The translations under genes and the position numbers were made by a program. The notes beneath the pieces were generated by a model that saw only the letters and a program-made list of their open reading frames with translations, was not told the DNA's origin and made no database searches. Shown here piece after piece: positions 20,468-31,206 of a DNA stretch of 64,000 nucleotides. Each line of letters opens with the position of its first letter. Within the stretch, counting starts at the first letter, position 1. The DNA lies in contig CAWBZV010000003.1 of NCBI GenBank assembly GCA_963793305.1, forward strand, positions 928,001 to 992,000, given 5' to 3'. Source of the stretch: an uncultured Gemmatimonadales bacterium. Lineage in GTDB: Bacteria; Gemmatimonadota; Gemmatimonadetes; Gemmatimonadales; Gemmatimonadaceae.

Positions 20468-21886
20468 TTATCGAAGTGCCGCGCCTGCCGCAGGGAGCCA
20501 GAGGGTGAACACGCTTCCGTCTCCGAGCGTGCTCTCGACCGTGATCCGGCCTTCCTGGAGCTCGGCGAGCAGTCTGGCGATGGCGAGACCGAGTCCGGTG
20601 CCGCCCAGCTCACGGCTGCGGGACTGGTCGACCCGGAAAAATCGGTCGAAGACCGGCTCGAGATGCTCAGGCGCGATCCCTGGCCCGGTGTCTTGAACGG
20701 ACACGCCGACCATGCTGCCGTCCCTCCGAAGACCGAAACGAATCTCACCCTGAAGCGTGTAGCGCACCGCGTTGGTGGCAAGATTCAGCAGGATGTGTCG
20801 TGTGCGGTCGGCATCGCCCAACGCCCACGCCGGCTCCGCCGGCTCGGCGCGCACCGCCAGCCTTTTGTCGATCGCCATGGCCTCCGTGATCTCCTTGACC
20901 TCGTCGACGACGGGTCGGAGGTCGAACGGAACGCGCGCGAGTGGCAGTTGTCGATTCTCGCCCCGGGCGATGAGCAAGAGTTCCTCTACCATTTTGGTGG
21001 TCCGCTCAACCTCCCACTCGATGGCCATCAGCGCGTCACGCACTTCCGCCTCTTCCCGCTGGTGGGCAAGCGCCCACTGCGCCTGAGCGCGCACGAGCGT
21101 GAGCGGCGTGCGGAGCTCGTGGCTGGCGTCGGCCGTGAACGCTTTGAGCGCCCGATGGGCGCGGTCGACGCGGTCCAGCATCCGGTTCATGCTGTCAGCC
21201 AGTGCCGTCACCTCGGCCTGGCCAGTGGGACTTGCGATCCTGGTCCCAAGCTCCGCTGGGTTTATGGCCTGCGTGTCCGCCGTGATGCGCTCGAGGGGGC
21301 CAAGCGTCGCGGCCACCGCCTGGCGCGCGGCGCGGCCGGCGCCGAGCGCCGCGAGCGGAAGCAGCACGGCAACCGCACCGACCAGCGCCGCGAGTCCAAT
21401 GAGATAGGGAGCACGGCTGGCGACGATGTAGATGTCGAAGGGACCCCGTGCTTCCTGAACCAAATCGAACTGCCACCGTGAGCGCCGCGTGATGGCGGCC
21501 AGCAGAATCTGCCGCACCTGCTCGGGCGACGCGCTTGCGGGGAGGCCTTCCAGGCGTTCCTGGGGCATCCCCGGGCTCACGTAGTAGACCCGTGACATGC
21601 CGCCCGAGTCGGTGATCGTTCGAGTAATGAGGACCTGTCCCCCCATGCTCAGAAGATCCTTCGCCAGAGTCGCGGGCATCACGCCACCCGGTCCGCGCGT
21701 GGAGTCCGTGTAGACTCCGAGAAGCGCACCAATAACCGCGGCGGAGTGCTGCATGGTGCGGCGCAACGCCACTTCACCCGCGGCAGCGAAGACCGCGACC
21801 ATCAGGAGCGCGAAGCCCGTGAGTGCGGTCCACGCGACGCGTTGGGTACGCTTCGTGAGAACGGTGGCGAGACGCGGCTCGGTCAC
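20468..21886 (-). CDS. HAMP-domain sensor histidine kinase
   Basis: FTADASHELRTPL, NLATNAVRY, DTGPGI, GTGLGLAI. Confidence 0.95.
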   Translation of the reverse strand: MTEPRLATVLTKRTQRVAWTALTGFALLMVAVFAAAGEVALRRTMQHSAAVIGALLGVYTDSTRGPGGVMPATLAKDLLSMGGQVLITRTITDSGGMSRVYYVSPGMPQERLEGLPASASPEQVRQILLAAITRRSRWQFDLVQEARGPFDIYIVASRAPYLIGLAALVGAVAVLLPLAALGAGRAARQAVAATLGPLERITADTQAINPAELGTRIASPTGQAEVTALADSMNRMLDRVDRAHRALKAFTADASHELRTPLTLVRAQAQWALAHQREEAEVRDALMAIEWEVERTTKMVEELLLIARGENRQLPLARVPFDLRPVVDEVKEITEAMAIDKRLAVRAEPAEPAWALGDADRTRHILLNLATNAVRYTLQGEIRFGLRRDGSMVGVSVQDTGPGIAPEHLEPVFDRFFRVDQSRSRELGGTGLGLAIARLLAELQEGRITVESTLGDGSVFTLWLPAAGAALR

Positions 21887-22557
21887 GGCGGATCGAGCCG
21901 GTAGCCAGTGCCCCGCACCGTCTGGATCATGGAGGTCCGTTTTTCGAAGGAGAGTTTCTTGCGGAGATAATTCACATACACGTCTACGACGTTGGTTTCA
22001 GGGTCGAACTGGTAGTTCCAGACTGCCTCGGCGATGCGAGACCGAGAGACCGTCCGGCCCACGTTCCGCATGAGGAACTCTAATAAGGCGAACTCTCGCG
22101 CACTCAGATCCACCCGGCGCCCGCCGTGCGTGACCTGCCGGGTCAGTGGATCCAGCGTCAGGCTCCCGACGCTCAAGGTCGCATCCTGGTAGCGGAACTC
22201 CGCGCGACGAATCAAGGCGTGCACCCGCGCGAGTAGCTCCGCCAAGTCGAATGGTTTGGTCAGGTAGTCGTCCGCCCCGGCCTCCAGGCCTCGCACGCGT
22301 GACTCCAACTCGTACTTCGCGGTCAGCATGAGCACCGGTGTGAACACGCCTCGAGACCGCAGCTCTGTCACGACGTCGAATCCGTCGCGACCCGGTAGCA
22401 TGACGTCGAGAATGATGCAGCTATACCGAGCGTCGAGCGCACGATCCAACGCGTCATCGCCCGACTCGGCCTCGACCGCGCCATAGCCCTCCTCTCGGAG
22501 CGCTTTGATCAAAAACCGCCGCAAGTTGCGGTCATCTTCTACCACCAGAACCTGCAT
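21883..22557 (-). CDS. OmpR-family response regulator (CusR-like)
   Basis: LVVEDD, ILDVMLPG, GADDYLTKPF, TNVVDVYVNYLRKK. Confidence 0.96.
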   Translation of the reverse strand: MQVLVVEDDRNLRRFLIKALREEGYGAVEAESGDDALDRALDARYSCIILDVMLPGRDGFDVVTELRSRGVFTPVLMLTAKYELESRVRGLEAGADDYLTKPFDLAELLARVHALIRRAEFRYQDATLSVGSLTLDPLTRQVTHGGRRVDLSAREFALLEFLMRNVGRTVSRSRIAEAVWNYQFDPETNVVDVYVNYLRKKLSFEKRTSMIQTVRGTGYRLDPP

Positions 22558-22650
22558 GCTCGAACCCTGCGATTATGAGAGAGAGATGACAATCCTCTAA
22601 TGTGATCCGTTCGCTCTTTCTCCATGCCGGTCGAATTCTACATTGGCCAT

Positions 22651-23100
22651 ATGAGATCCAAGCATCTCCCTCTTGTGGCCATCGCACTGATAGGTCCCCT
22701 GACCGCTTCAGCGCAAGATAGAAAACAAATTCCGCTCCCGGCGGCGCAGGGTACCATTCCAGATGTGTCGGGGGCAGTATGGGCCGGGAATATACTGTTC
22801 GTGAGTGGGTGGCTCGACCCGGACCTCGAGACACACACCGATCTCAAGTCACAAACCGTGGGTGTTTTCAAAAGCCTGAAAGAGTTCCTCGAAGCGCAGA
22901 AACTGACGCTGGCCAATGTGGTGATGATCCATGCCTACATCGGGAGCGTAGCCGGATATGACGGATATCGAGCCGGATATGCCCAATTCTTCGGCGACCA
23001 ACCGAACAAGCCCGCACACACCACACTGCAGGTCGTTCTGCCCGCTGCCAGGCGCGGCGCGTTGCTGGAAATCGACCTCATCGCCGTGCGTTCAAAGTAG
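22651..23100 (+). CDS. RidA/YjgF family protein with signal peptide
   Basis: LFVSG, NVVM, KPAHTTLQV, LLEIDLIA; paralog of 44379-44843. Confidence 0.85.
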   Translation: MRSKHLPLVAIALIGPLTASAQDRKQIPLPAAQGTIPDVSGAVWAGNILFVSGWLDPDLETHTDLKSQTVGVFKSLKEFLEAQKLTLANVVMIHAYIGSVAGYDGYRAGYAQFFGDQPNKPAHTTLQVVLPAARRGALLEIDLIAVRSK

Positions 23101-23109
23101 CGGCCAATC

Positions 23110-25618
23110 ATGACTGAGCATCTGCTCTTCGACCTGCGGTACGCGCTTCGCGTGCTGCTGAAGTCGCCGGGATTCTCGTTCATTGCCATCGCCACCATGG
23201 CGCTCGGCATCGGTGCCACCACGGCGATCTATAGCGTCATCGACGCCACGCTGCTGCATCCGTTGCCGTACCCGAATCCCACCGAGCTGATTCACATCGA
23301 GGACGACCTGCCCGGCGCCGGTGCGCGGGATGTCGGCCCCTCCATCCCGGAGTGGAGAGACCTCGAGAGCTCCGGGATATTCCAGTCCGTAGCGATTGCC
23401 GGCCACGGCGCAAACGTGAACCTCACCGGCGGTGCGCACCCCCTGCGTCTCAGCTTCAAGGCCGTGACCCCGAATTATTTCGCGGTCCTCGGTGTTGCCG
23501 CCCAGTTGGGTCACACATTCGATCCGCGCGATGTCACGCCCGGCTACAACCTGGAAGCCGTGATCAGCGATGGGCTGTGGCGGAGGGAGTTCGGAGCCGA
23601 CCCGCACATCGTCGGCAAAGTGCTACGCCTGGACAACGACCCGTATCAGGTCGTCGGCGTCATGCCGCGCGGTTTTCGCGATCAGGGCTCAACTGGCGAC
23701 GAACAAAGTGTGGAGCTGTGGCTGGGAGCGGGCTACGTCGGCCTCCCGTTTCCACCTCCGGAGCGCGGTGTCCGTCTGCGTCGAGCGGTCATCGCGCGCC
23801 TACACGCGGGGTCTCTCGGTTGCGGCGGCGCAGGGGCGCCTCGATGCGCTGGTGGCATCGCTCAAAAAGCAATATCCGGCGGACTATCCGACACGAGCCG
23901 CATGGACCGTGCGCCTGATTCCACTCAGCGAAAGCGTGGTCGCCGGCGTTCGCCAATCGCTCGTTCTCTTGTTCTGCGCGGTCGGATTGGTTCTCCTCAT
24001 CAGTTGCGTCAACGTCGCCAATCTCCTGCTCACCAGGGCCAGCGCGCGAGGTCGTGAGGTCACGGTTCGCCTGGCGCTGGGAGCGCAGAGAACGCGCCTC
24101 ATGGGCCAGCTGCTGACCGAGATTCTGCTGCTGTTCCTGCTCGGTGGAATCGCTGGCTTTGCCGTTCTCTTCTGCGCCCAGCGTTTCCTGCTGCGACTTG
24201 TTCCGGAGAGCCTCCCTCACCTCAACGATATCGGAGTGGGATGGGGCGTGCTGGGATTTGCGATGGTCGTCTCCGTCGCGGCCGGAACGATCTGCGGGCT
24301 CGCTCCCGCATGGCTCATGAGCCGCGCTGATTTGATCGGTACGCTTCGGCAGGAAAGTCGCGGCTCCAGGGGTTCCAAGGAACGCTCGCGCGCCCGCCAC
24401 ATTCTCGTCATCAGTGAATTGGCGCTCTCCCTCGTACTCCTGGTCGCCGCGAGCCTTCTGCTGCGGAGTTTTTGGGACTTGTTCCAAGTGCAGCCCGGTT
24501 TCAATCCTGCCCGCGTGATGGCGATTCAGACCTGGCTGCCTGGGCCCAACGACCCCGCGGCGGATATCTATCGAACCGCTACGCAGGAATCGGTCTTGCT
24601 ACGCGAGATTCTTCGCCGCAGCCAAAATCTGCCGGGCGTAGAAGGAGCGGCCCTCGGCGACGCGGCCGCTCTTCCGCTGGACCACGACCAGGGCGATGTC
24701 AAGCCACTGCTCTTGATTCACGAAGGCCTCGAGACGAAGGCCAATGAGGCTCCCGTGATCGGCGGATCCCTCGTTTCGCCCGAGTACTTCCATGTGCTGG
24801 GCATGCCGCTATTGCGCGGACGCGCGTTCACCGATCAGGACATCGAGGCGACGCCCCAGGTTGCGGTGATCAACCAAGCCGCGGCCCGCACCTACTGGCT
24901 GGGCCAAGATGCGCTCGGCAAACGCGTCCGCCTCGCCTCGGCGAGTGATGGGAATTCGAGGGGGCGCGTCAACAATGCCTGGACCACGATCATCGGCGTA
25001 GTTGGGGATGCGCGCACGGAATCCTTGGGCGACGCGGTCACGCCGCAGATCTATGGCAGCGTCTACCAGCATCCCTTCAAGGGCGTGGCCATCTTTCTTC
25101 GCGGACGCCTCGATCCCCGTGCCATCCCCGAACAAGTTCGCGAACAGGTGCAGTCCGTCGACCCGGAGCTTCCCGTCTTCGGCGCTGAGACCATGGATGA
25201 CGTCCTCGCTGGCTCGCTCTCGATCAGGCGATTTTCGATGGAGATGGTGGCGTTCTTTGCGGCCACGGCCCTGCTGCTGGCCGGACTTGGCATCTACGGA
25301 ACCATCTCTTTCGTGGTCAACGAGCAACGGCGTGAGATCGCCATTCGCCTCGCGCTGGGAATTCAACGAGGCGATATCCTCACGATGGTCATGCGGCGCG
25401 GACTCGGCCTGGCCGCCGCTGGCGCCGCGATAGGGTTGGTCGGTGCGCTCATCGTCTCGCACCTCATGGCCGGACTACTCTACGGCGTCTCGCCCACCGA
25501 CCTCCCCACTTTCGCTGGCGTCACCCTCGTACTGACCGCTGTCGCGCTGGCCGCCAGTTATGTCCCGGCACTACGCGCCATGCACCTCGATCCAATCACG
25601 ATTCTCCAGTCCGAATAG
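23110..25618 (+). CDS. ADOP-type ABC permease; frameshift near 23808
   Basis: DLRYALRVLLKSPGFS start, LLISCVNVANLLL, two FtsX domains; extra G in a GGGG run. Confidence 0.92.
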
Positions 25619-25718
25619 CGCGACGCAGATCCCGGCCGGCGGCGCAGTTTCTTGGCGCAGTTTCTCGAGCGTAACAGCGGTCAGTTAGTGAGGGTTCGCT
25701 ACTTCGATTTCCGCGACG

Positions 25719-25990
25719 TCACCGGCGTTGAAGACCCACGTAACGCCTTGGTGCAAGGTCCACCGGCGACGGAGCTGGTGTGGTCCGATCGTCACGGTGT
25801 GAAATGTCGCGGACGATCCCGATGCCCAAAATAATGAAGACAGCTCCCAGGATCCCAACGGCGATTTGACGTCGGCGTGAAAGGTTTGCAGAGAACTCGA
25901 CGCCAAACCCCTTCACCCCGCCGCCAGCGACGCTCGCGAGGATACAAATTACCCCAAGCACGATGAACAACTGCCCGAGCATCGCGGTCA
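25719..25990 (-). CDS. Small 2-TM hypothetical protein (possibly truncated)
   Basis: MTAMLGQLFIVLGVICILASV...AVGILGAVFIILGIG; the 3' end is uncertain. Confidence 0.45.
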
Positions 25991-26199
25991 TGTGGAGTCC
26001 AATATTGATGACCAAGCTAACGCCGGGCAACACAGCTGGGCGTACAGAACCGGGCTGTTCGCGCCAGAATGCTGCTCTTTTTGCGGCACGAACGGGCCGA
26101 TAAGTCCAGTAGGGAATCGCCAAGTGGCGATACGCTGGACGGCGGCGCCGTGCGGCGATATGGTGAGCCTGCGGTCACCATTCACTTCGGAGCGCTCCA

Positions 26200-26661
26200 G
26201 TGCCAACCATTCGTTCGCTCGTGCTGCTCAGCGTGATGCTCGCGTGCAGCAAGTACGACGCAACTCCAGCCGACCAACGCGCGCGCGACGAGGCCACGAT
26301 TCGCGGGCTGGATTCCGCGTGGGGCAAGGCCATGGCCGCGAAGAATGTGGAGCAGACCGTCTCATATTACGCCGACAATGCGTCGATCTTCTCGCCTGGT
26401 GAGCCGATCGCGACTGGCAAGTCGGCGATCACAGCGTCGTGGGCGGGCCTCCTGACGCAACCGGGCTCCTCGATCACCTTCGGACCGACCACGGTCGATG
26501 TCTCAGGTGATCGCGCGTACGAGATCGGTGACTATGCGCTCACCGTGATCGACAAAGCGGGCAAGCCACAGACGACGAAAGCGAAGTACGTCGTGGTGCG
26601 CGGCAAGCAATCGGATGGCGCGTGGAAAGTGCTCGTCGACGTGTCCACCACGACCCAATAA
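26200..26661 (+). CDS. YybH/DUF4440 (SnoaL/NTF2-like) lipoprotein
   Basis: Lipobox MLAC; SGDRAYEIGDY...KYVVV..KQSDGAWKV. Confidence 0.85.
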   Translation: MPTIRSLVLLSVMLACSKYDATPADQRARDEATIRGLDSAWGKAMAAKNVEQTVSYYADNASIFSPGEPIATGKSAITASWAGLLTQPGSSITFGPTTVDVSGDRAYEIGDYALTVIDKAGKPQTTKAKYVVVRGKQSDGAWKVLVDVSTTTQ

Positions 26662-26781
26662 CGGTCCGCTTCACGGATATCCAATGCCGCAGATATCGTG
26701 ATTGGATGTCTGACGGACTCACCGTGCCGTTCGCGCTTGCCGCTGGGCTATCCGGCGATGCCGAGGTTCAAGGGCTTCCCT

Positions 26782-27330
26782 TCAGGATCGAAGCGAACGG
26801 AGTTGCGTCATCTCAATGAGATATTCTTCGACACCTCGTAGGTGTTTCGATTTGGCGTTCATGATTCTCTCAAACCATACGCCATCTGCCGCAAGTCTTA
26901 CGACCCGAAGCTCGATTCTCGAATCCGTTGTTGAATGTCTCTTGAGGCGTTCGCTCAGCCAGTTATCCCACACCCGCCCGACCTGATCTTGAGAGGCCAT
27001 CAGGCTCAAGAGCGCGCCCCAGACGTTACGTTCAGCCGCACCTTCGGAGAATGCCGCCCTAATGTAGGCACGAGTAAAGCATCCGTCGGCATTCTCGTCC
27101 TCCGCCATCAGTCGGTCAAACTGCTTGTCCAATCGCGTCAACAGCATCTGCATCAGCTCTGTCACCAACGTCTCTTTGTTTTCGAAGTGATGAAAGAAAG
27201 CCCCTTTGGTCACGTTCGCTAATTCGCTCACTTTGTTGGCTGTGACATCAGCCATGCCCTTGGTCGCAGCGAGTTCGAAGGCGGCATTTAAGAGGGATTC
27301 TCTCACGAAGAGAGGGTCCTTCTTTTTCAT
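26782..27330 (-). CDS. TetR family transcriptional regulator
   Basis: HTH VSELANVTKGAFFHHFENKETL; C-terminal VRLAADGVW. An alternative start exists at 27360. Confidence 0.92.
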   Translation of the reverse strand: MKKKDPLFVRESLLNAAFELAATKGMADVTANKVSELANVTKGAFFHHFENKETLVTELMQMLLTRLDKQFDRLMAEDENADGCFTRAYIRAAFSEGAAERNVWGALLSLMASQDQVGRVWDNWLSERLKRHSTTDSRIELRVVRLAADGVWFERIMNAKSKHLRGVEEYLIEMTQLRSLRS

Positions 27331-27409
27331 GTATGCGTTTTGTGCTTTCGTCGCCTTCATTTTCGAAAATCTCCTCAACCAAGTGGCACACATACAATGC
27401 TTGCGTTCA

Positions 27410-27429
27410 AAGATACCAGTTGGTATCTT
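27410..27429. promoter_or_regulatory. Putative TetR operator
   Basis: Perfect inverted repeat AAGATACCA-GT-TGGTATCTT between divergent tetR and VOC genes. Confidence 0.75.
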
Positions 27430-27456
27430 CAGTCAGACGACCAACGTGTGAGGTGA

Positions 27457-27912
27457 ATGATGAGCGGTTCAGGATTGAGCGAGATGCAGACTGTCGTGGA
27501 CTCAGAATTGGCAGTGGCGCACCTCGTGTTTAAGGTGGCTGACCTCAAGCGCAGTTGCCAATTCTACTCAAATCTCGGCATTCCTCCATTTGCTGTAATT
27601 GACGACGAAAAGGTCGCAATCATTGAACTACGTGGAGGCACGCATCTTCTCTTGTTAGAAGGTGATCAACTGGCGGCAGAAGGCGTAGCGGAAAGTGTGA
27701 CGGGGCAATTCCATAAAAGATTTGCTGAGCAATTCGACCTCATGATCAAAGGCAAAGGCCTCAGTGAATTGAGACGATATCGGTCGGAGCTCATCGGTCG
27801 GGGAATCGCAGCAGGAGAGATTCCCAATGAACCTGTGTATGGACATCATCTGTTCTGCATAAAGGATCCCGATGGGAACGGGATCACGATTTATACTAGC
27901 CACGCGATTTAG
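27457..27912 (+). CDS. VOC/glyoxalase family protein
   Basis: AHLVFKVADLKRSCQFY...IKDPDGNGI. Confidence 0.88.
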   Translation: MMSGSGLSEMQTVVDSELAVAHLVFKVADLKRSCQFYSNLGIPPFAVIDDEKVAIIELRGGTHLLLLEGDQLAAEGVAESVTGQFHKRFAEQFDLMIKGKGLSELRRYRSELIGRGIAAGEIPNEPVYGHHLFCIKDPDGNGITIYTSHAI

Positions 27913-28031
27913 TAATCAGAAAGCTCTGCCTTCAACAGGTCGGCAACGCGTGAGGTCGTCACGACACGATCAGCGAGTCGGAGTGGCGCGGCCGCTGTGG
28001 TTGCCGGGCCAGGGGATCCGGTCCAGATTCA

Positions 28032-28496
28032 GTGGTAGTGACGGCCGAGCCTCTGTACTTCGACGATCTGCACGTCGGCCAGCGCATCACGAGCAGCACC
28101 ATCACCGTTGATGAGAAGGCGATCATCGCCTTCGGCTCGACTTTCGATCCGCAGCCGTTCCACACGGATACGACGGCGGCACGCGGGAGCGTGTTCGGTG
28201 GTCTCGTTGCGAGCGGGTGGCACACGGCCGCGCTCTCGATGCGACTCCTGGTCACGAGTGCGCCACCGATCGCGGGCGGGCTGGTCGGCGCCGGCGGCGA
28301 AATCGCCTGGCCGGCACCGACGCGTGCCGGCGACATCCTCCACATCGATGCCGAGGTCATCGCGGTCACCCCATCGCGGTCACGCCCCGATCGCGGCATC
28401 GTGACGCTCAGAAGCGAAACGCGCAATCAGCGCAACGAAGTCGTGCAGATCTTCACGGCAAAGTTGGTCGTCCCTCGTCGTCCATCCGGCCGATGA
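28032..28496 (+). CDS. MaoC family dehydratase
   Basis: LYFDDLHVGQ, FDPQPFHTD, GLVASGWHTAA. Confidence 0.93.
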   Translation: MVVTAEPLYFDDLHVGQRITSSTITVDEKAIIAFGSTFDPQPFHTDTTAARGSVFGGLVASGWHTAALSMRLLVTSAPPIAGGLVGAGGEIAWPAPTRAGDILHIDAEVIAVTPSRSRPDRGIVTLRSETRNQRNEVVQIFTAKLVVPRRPSGR

Positions 28497-28552
28497 TGGT
28501 GCGGAACTTCCGACTCGAGCCGGTCGCCAAGTCATAGATCGCCCGCGCGCGG

Positions 28553-30382
28553 TTACCTCGATGCCGCCGCCAGTTGCTTGATCGCGCCTGACATCATGCG
28601 CACGCGCGCCGCGTCGCTGGCCCCGCTCACGTCGCCGTCCACCTTCGTCGCCAGCGCGGTGAGTGCCGCGGCACGCGCCGCACCGTGCGTCTCCTCCGCC
28701 GCGTCGAGCGCGGCCGAGACTGCGGTGGCGCGATCGGGGGCGAGGCCATTGTTGCGCTCGAGCTGGTCGAGGTACGAGCGCACCACGGCGAATGCCGGTG
28801 GCCAGACGAGCTTCGGCTGGCTCTGCGGGTTGTACTCCTTGAGCATCACCAGCTTTGCCGCGGCGATCTCGTTGGCCGAGAGCTGCGGACTCGGCAAGAG
28901 CTCCAACACGTCGAACCCGCGGTCGAGCTCCGACGAGTAGATCATGCCGTTCCAGTAATACGCGCCCCATGATCCGCCGATCGTGTAGCGCGAGCGCTCG
29001 CTGGCCTTCGACGTATCGCTTGGCGGGTCGATAGGGCCGCGATCGAAGTACGCGATCTCGGTTGGATGATCCGCGTCCGTGAAGTCCATGATGTCGATGC
29101 CACCTTGGTACCAGCCCTGCACGTAGAGGTCGCGCCCCGGTACCGGGATGAGGCCTCCGTTATGCGAGACGCAGTTCTCCTGCGCGGTTTGCGCGGCGGG
29201 GAGCTTGAAATAGGCGTGCTGGGTCAGCTTCTTGTTGTCCGCGCTCAACGTAATGATCGTGTTGCCGCCCAGCTCCATGATGCTGTTGGCCTGGCACATC
29301 GGGCCGGTGCCGCCGCCCCACTCGTCGGTCCAGAGGGTCTTCTTGCCATCGTTGCTGAACCCGGCGGTGTGCCGGCTCTGGAAATTGTTGGTATCGGTGA
29401 TGGAGGTCAGCCGCACCGGCCTCTCCGGGTTCGAGACATCGACCAGGATGGCATGACTCGAGCATGCGGCGGCGAGCAGGTGGAACGCCGGGTACGCGGT
29501 CACGTCGTGGCAGTTGTGCGGGCCCGTGTGCAGCAGCGTCGCGTACGTCGCCGAGTCCGCTGCGGAAGCACCGCGGATGCGAGGCGGCCCGTGGCCATCC
29601 GCCGGAGCGCAGAACGTGGCGCAATCCGGCGACGCGTTGAGGCCGGTGAAGATCCGCGCGCCGGGGATCACCGCGGCCCGCTCGGGGTGATCGAGCGGCA
29701 CCTTGATGATGTCGAGCTGATAGAGCGAGTTCGTTGGGTCGGCGGGGTCCGTGCCGTTCTTGCAACCCGCCAGTTCCGTGGCCGGCCGCGCAGTCTGCTG
29801 CCCCGACACGTAGATGTAGATGATGTTGGGATCCGTCGGGCTCGGGATGACGGTGTGCGTGTGTGAGCCTTTGCAGGTCTGCACGTTCTTGATCAGCTTG
29901 GGCGCGTGGGCGTCGGAGACGTCGTAGATGCGCACGCCCGCCATATGATCCTTGGGGTCCTGCACACCGCCCTTGGCGCAGTCATTCCGATTGCCCGCGC
30001 CCTCGGCGGAGATGAACAGCAGGTGGCCGATGATCGACGGGTCGGCTTGCGCCGAGATGCACTCCACGACCGACGCGACGACCGGCTTATTCGGGTTGCT
30101 GACGTCCCAAATCGTGAAACCCGCGAAGTTGCCCTGGTACGCGTAGTGGGTGGCGAACGCCAGGTCGGAGTTGATGAACATCAGGCCGCGGGTCGTGTCG
30201 AACGCCGCCGGTTTGTGCGAGAACGACACGAGACGCATGTTGCTCGCCGCTTCTCCGGCGTCAAACCGGCCCGGCTTGAGGTTGCTCCGCGGGTCGGTGG
30301 CGCTCGGGTAGCTCTGCGCCGATACGAGCGCCGGCGCGGCGAGGGTCGCGATCAGGCCTATCAGTGTACACGCACTACGCAT
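28553..30382 (-). CDS. LVIVD-repeat beta-propeller protein
   Basis: NSDLAF, CKGSHTHT, CHDVT, DEWGGG, ENCVSHNG, QGWYQGG; paired with DUF305. Confidence 0.88.
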   Translation of the reverse strand: MRSACTLIGLIATLAAPALVSAQSYPSATDPRSNLKPGRFDAGEAASNMRLVSFSHKPAAFDTTRGLMFINSDLAFATHYAYQGNFAGFTIWDVSNPNKPVVASVVECISAQADPSIIGHLLFISAEGAGNRNDCAKGGVQDPKDHMAGVRIYDVSDAHAPKLIKNVQTCKGSHTHTVIPSPTDPNIIYIYVSGQQTARPATELAGCKNGTDPADPTNSLYQLDIIKVPLDHPERAAVIPGARIFTGLNASPDCATFCAPADGHGPPRIRGASAADSATYATLLHTGPHNCHDVTAYPAFHLLAAACSSHAILVDVSNPERPVRLTSITDTNNFQSRHTAGFSNDGKKTLWTDEWGGGTGPMCQANSIMELGGNTIITLSADNKKLTQHAYFKLPAAQTAQENCVSHNGGLIPVPGRDLYVQGWYQGGIDIMDFTDADHPTEIAYFDRGPIDPPSDTSKASERSRYTIGGSWGAYYWNGMIYSSELDRGFDVLELLPSPQLSANEIAAAKLVMLKEYNPQSQPKLVWPPAFAVVRSYLDQLERNNGLAPDRATAVSAALDAAEETHGAARAAALTALATKVDGDVSGASDAARVRMMSGAIKQLAAASR

Positions 30383-30428
30383 CAGGACGGGCTCCGGTGG
30401 CTGGTGTGGTACGGGCGACTGCGACGGT

Positions 30429-31049
30429 TCACTTCCCCGGCAGTTGGTTGTACAACCTCTGCATGATGCCGATCTCGGTAGTTTGCACCGTGGAGACATT
30501 GTTGGCGAACACGTTGACGTCGATTTCCTGTCCGGCCTGCGGGGTGTTGAAGAGATCGTCCACCATCTTCAGCGCGCCGGCATGGTGTTGGATCATCAGG
30601 CGGAGATATGCGCGGTCGAAGTCGACGCCCCTGGCCGCATCGAGCTCGCCGAGTTGTGCGGGCGTCAGCATGCCGGACATCATCACGTGATGCCACGACG
30701 ACGTGTCGGGCGCGAACTGGTTGTTGCGCTGGAGCCAGGCCTGCATGATGCGAATCTCCGGCACCTGCGACTGATCGATCTTGTTCGAGAGTTTCAGCAC
30801 TTGCGGATCGGCGCCGTGCGACTCCGCCATCCGGGACATGACGATCGCCTGCGCGTGGTGCGCGATCATGCCCTGCATGAACTCGACGTCGGCCTTGGTG
30901 TACAGGGCGCCTTTGGGGATCACCACCTCATGACCCATGTCCATGTCGCTCATGCCCTTCATGCCGCTATCCTGGCAGAGCGCGAGCGATGGGCCGCCGA
31001 GCAACATGGTGGAGAGTGCGAGCGCGCCAGCAACGCGTGTGGTCGTCAT
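30429..31049 (-). CDS. DUF305 domain protein
   Basis: FMQGMIAHHAQAIVMS and LMIQHHAGALKM repeats. Confidence 0.92.
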   Translation of the reverse strand: MTTTRVAGALALSTMLLGGPSLALCQDSGMKGMSDMDMGHEVVIPKGALYTKADVEFMQGMIAHHAQAIVMSRMAESHGADPQVLKLSNKIDQSQVPEIRIMQAWLQRNNQFAPDTSSWHHVMMSGMLTPAQLGELDAARGVDFDRAYLRLMIQHHAGALKMVDDLFNTPQAGQEIDVNVFANNVSTVQTTEIGIMQRLYNQLPGK

Positions 31050-31206
31050 GATGACCTCCTTCGGTATCGGGTCCGACTATCGTCTTAGTAACGCCGACGT
31101 CAACAGGATCGTTGAGAGCAAGCTCCCATGCCCGACGAACATTTGTCGCCGTATGTCGAGAAATCCTCGTCTGCTCCGACGTATCATCAAACCAGGAGGA
31201 TCGACG

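Noticed and set aside
20431..20781. N-terminal extension giving a 1188-aa BNR protein
   Set aside because: Overlaps the histidine kinase gene; the signal-peptide start at 20430 is more plausible.
23800..23815. Programmed frameshifting or phase variation at G runs
   Set aside because: Runs are only 3-4 nt, with no slippery heptamer; an assembly error is more parsimonious.
25641..25665. Tandem 12-mer GGCGCAGTTTCT x2
   Set aside because: Short, only two copies, lies between convergent gene ends with no supporting context.
26675..26710. Imperfect inverted repeat GATATCCAAT...ATTGGATGTC near the low-GC island edge
   Set aside because: No U-tract and no matching repeat at the other island end; cannot be called a terminator or element end.
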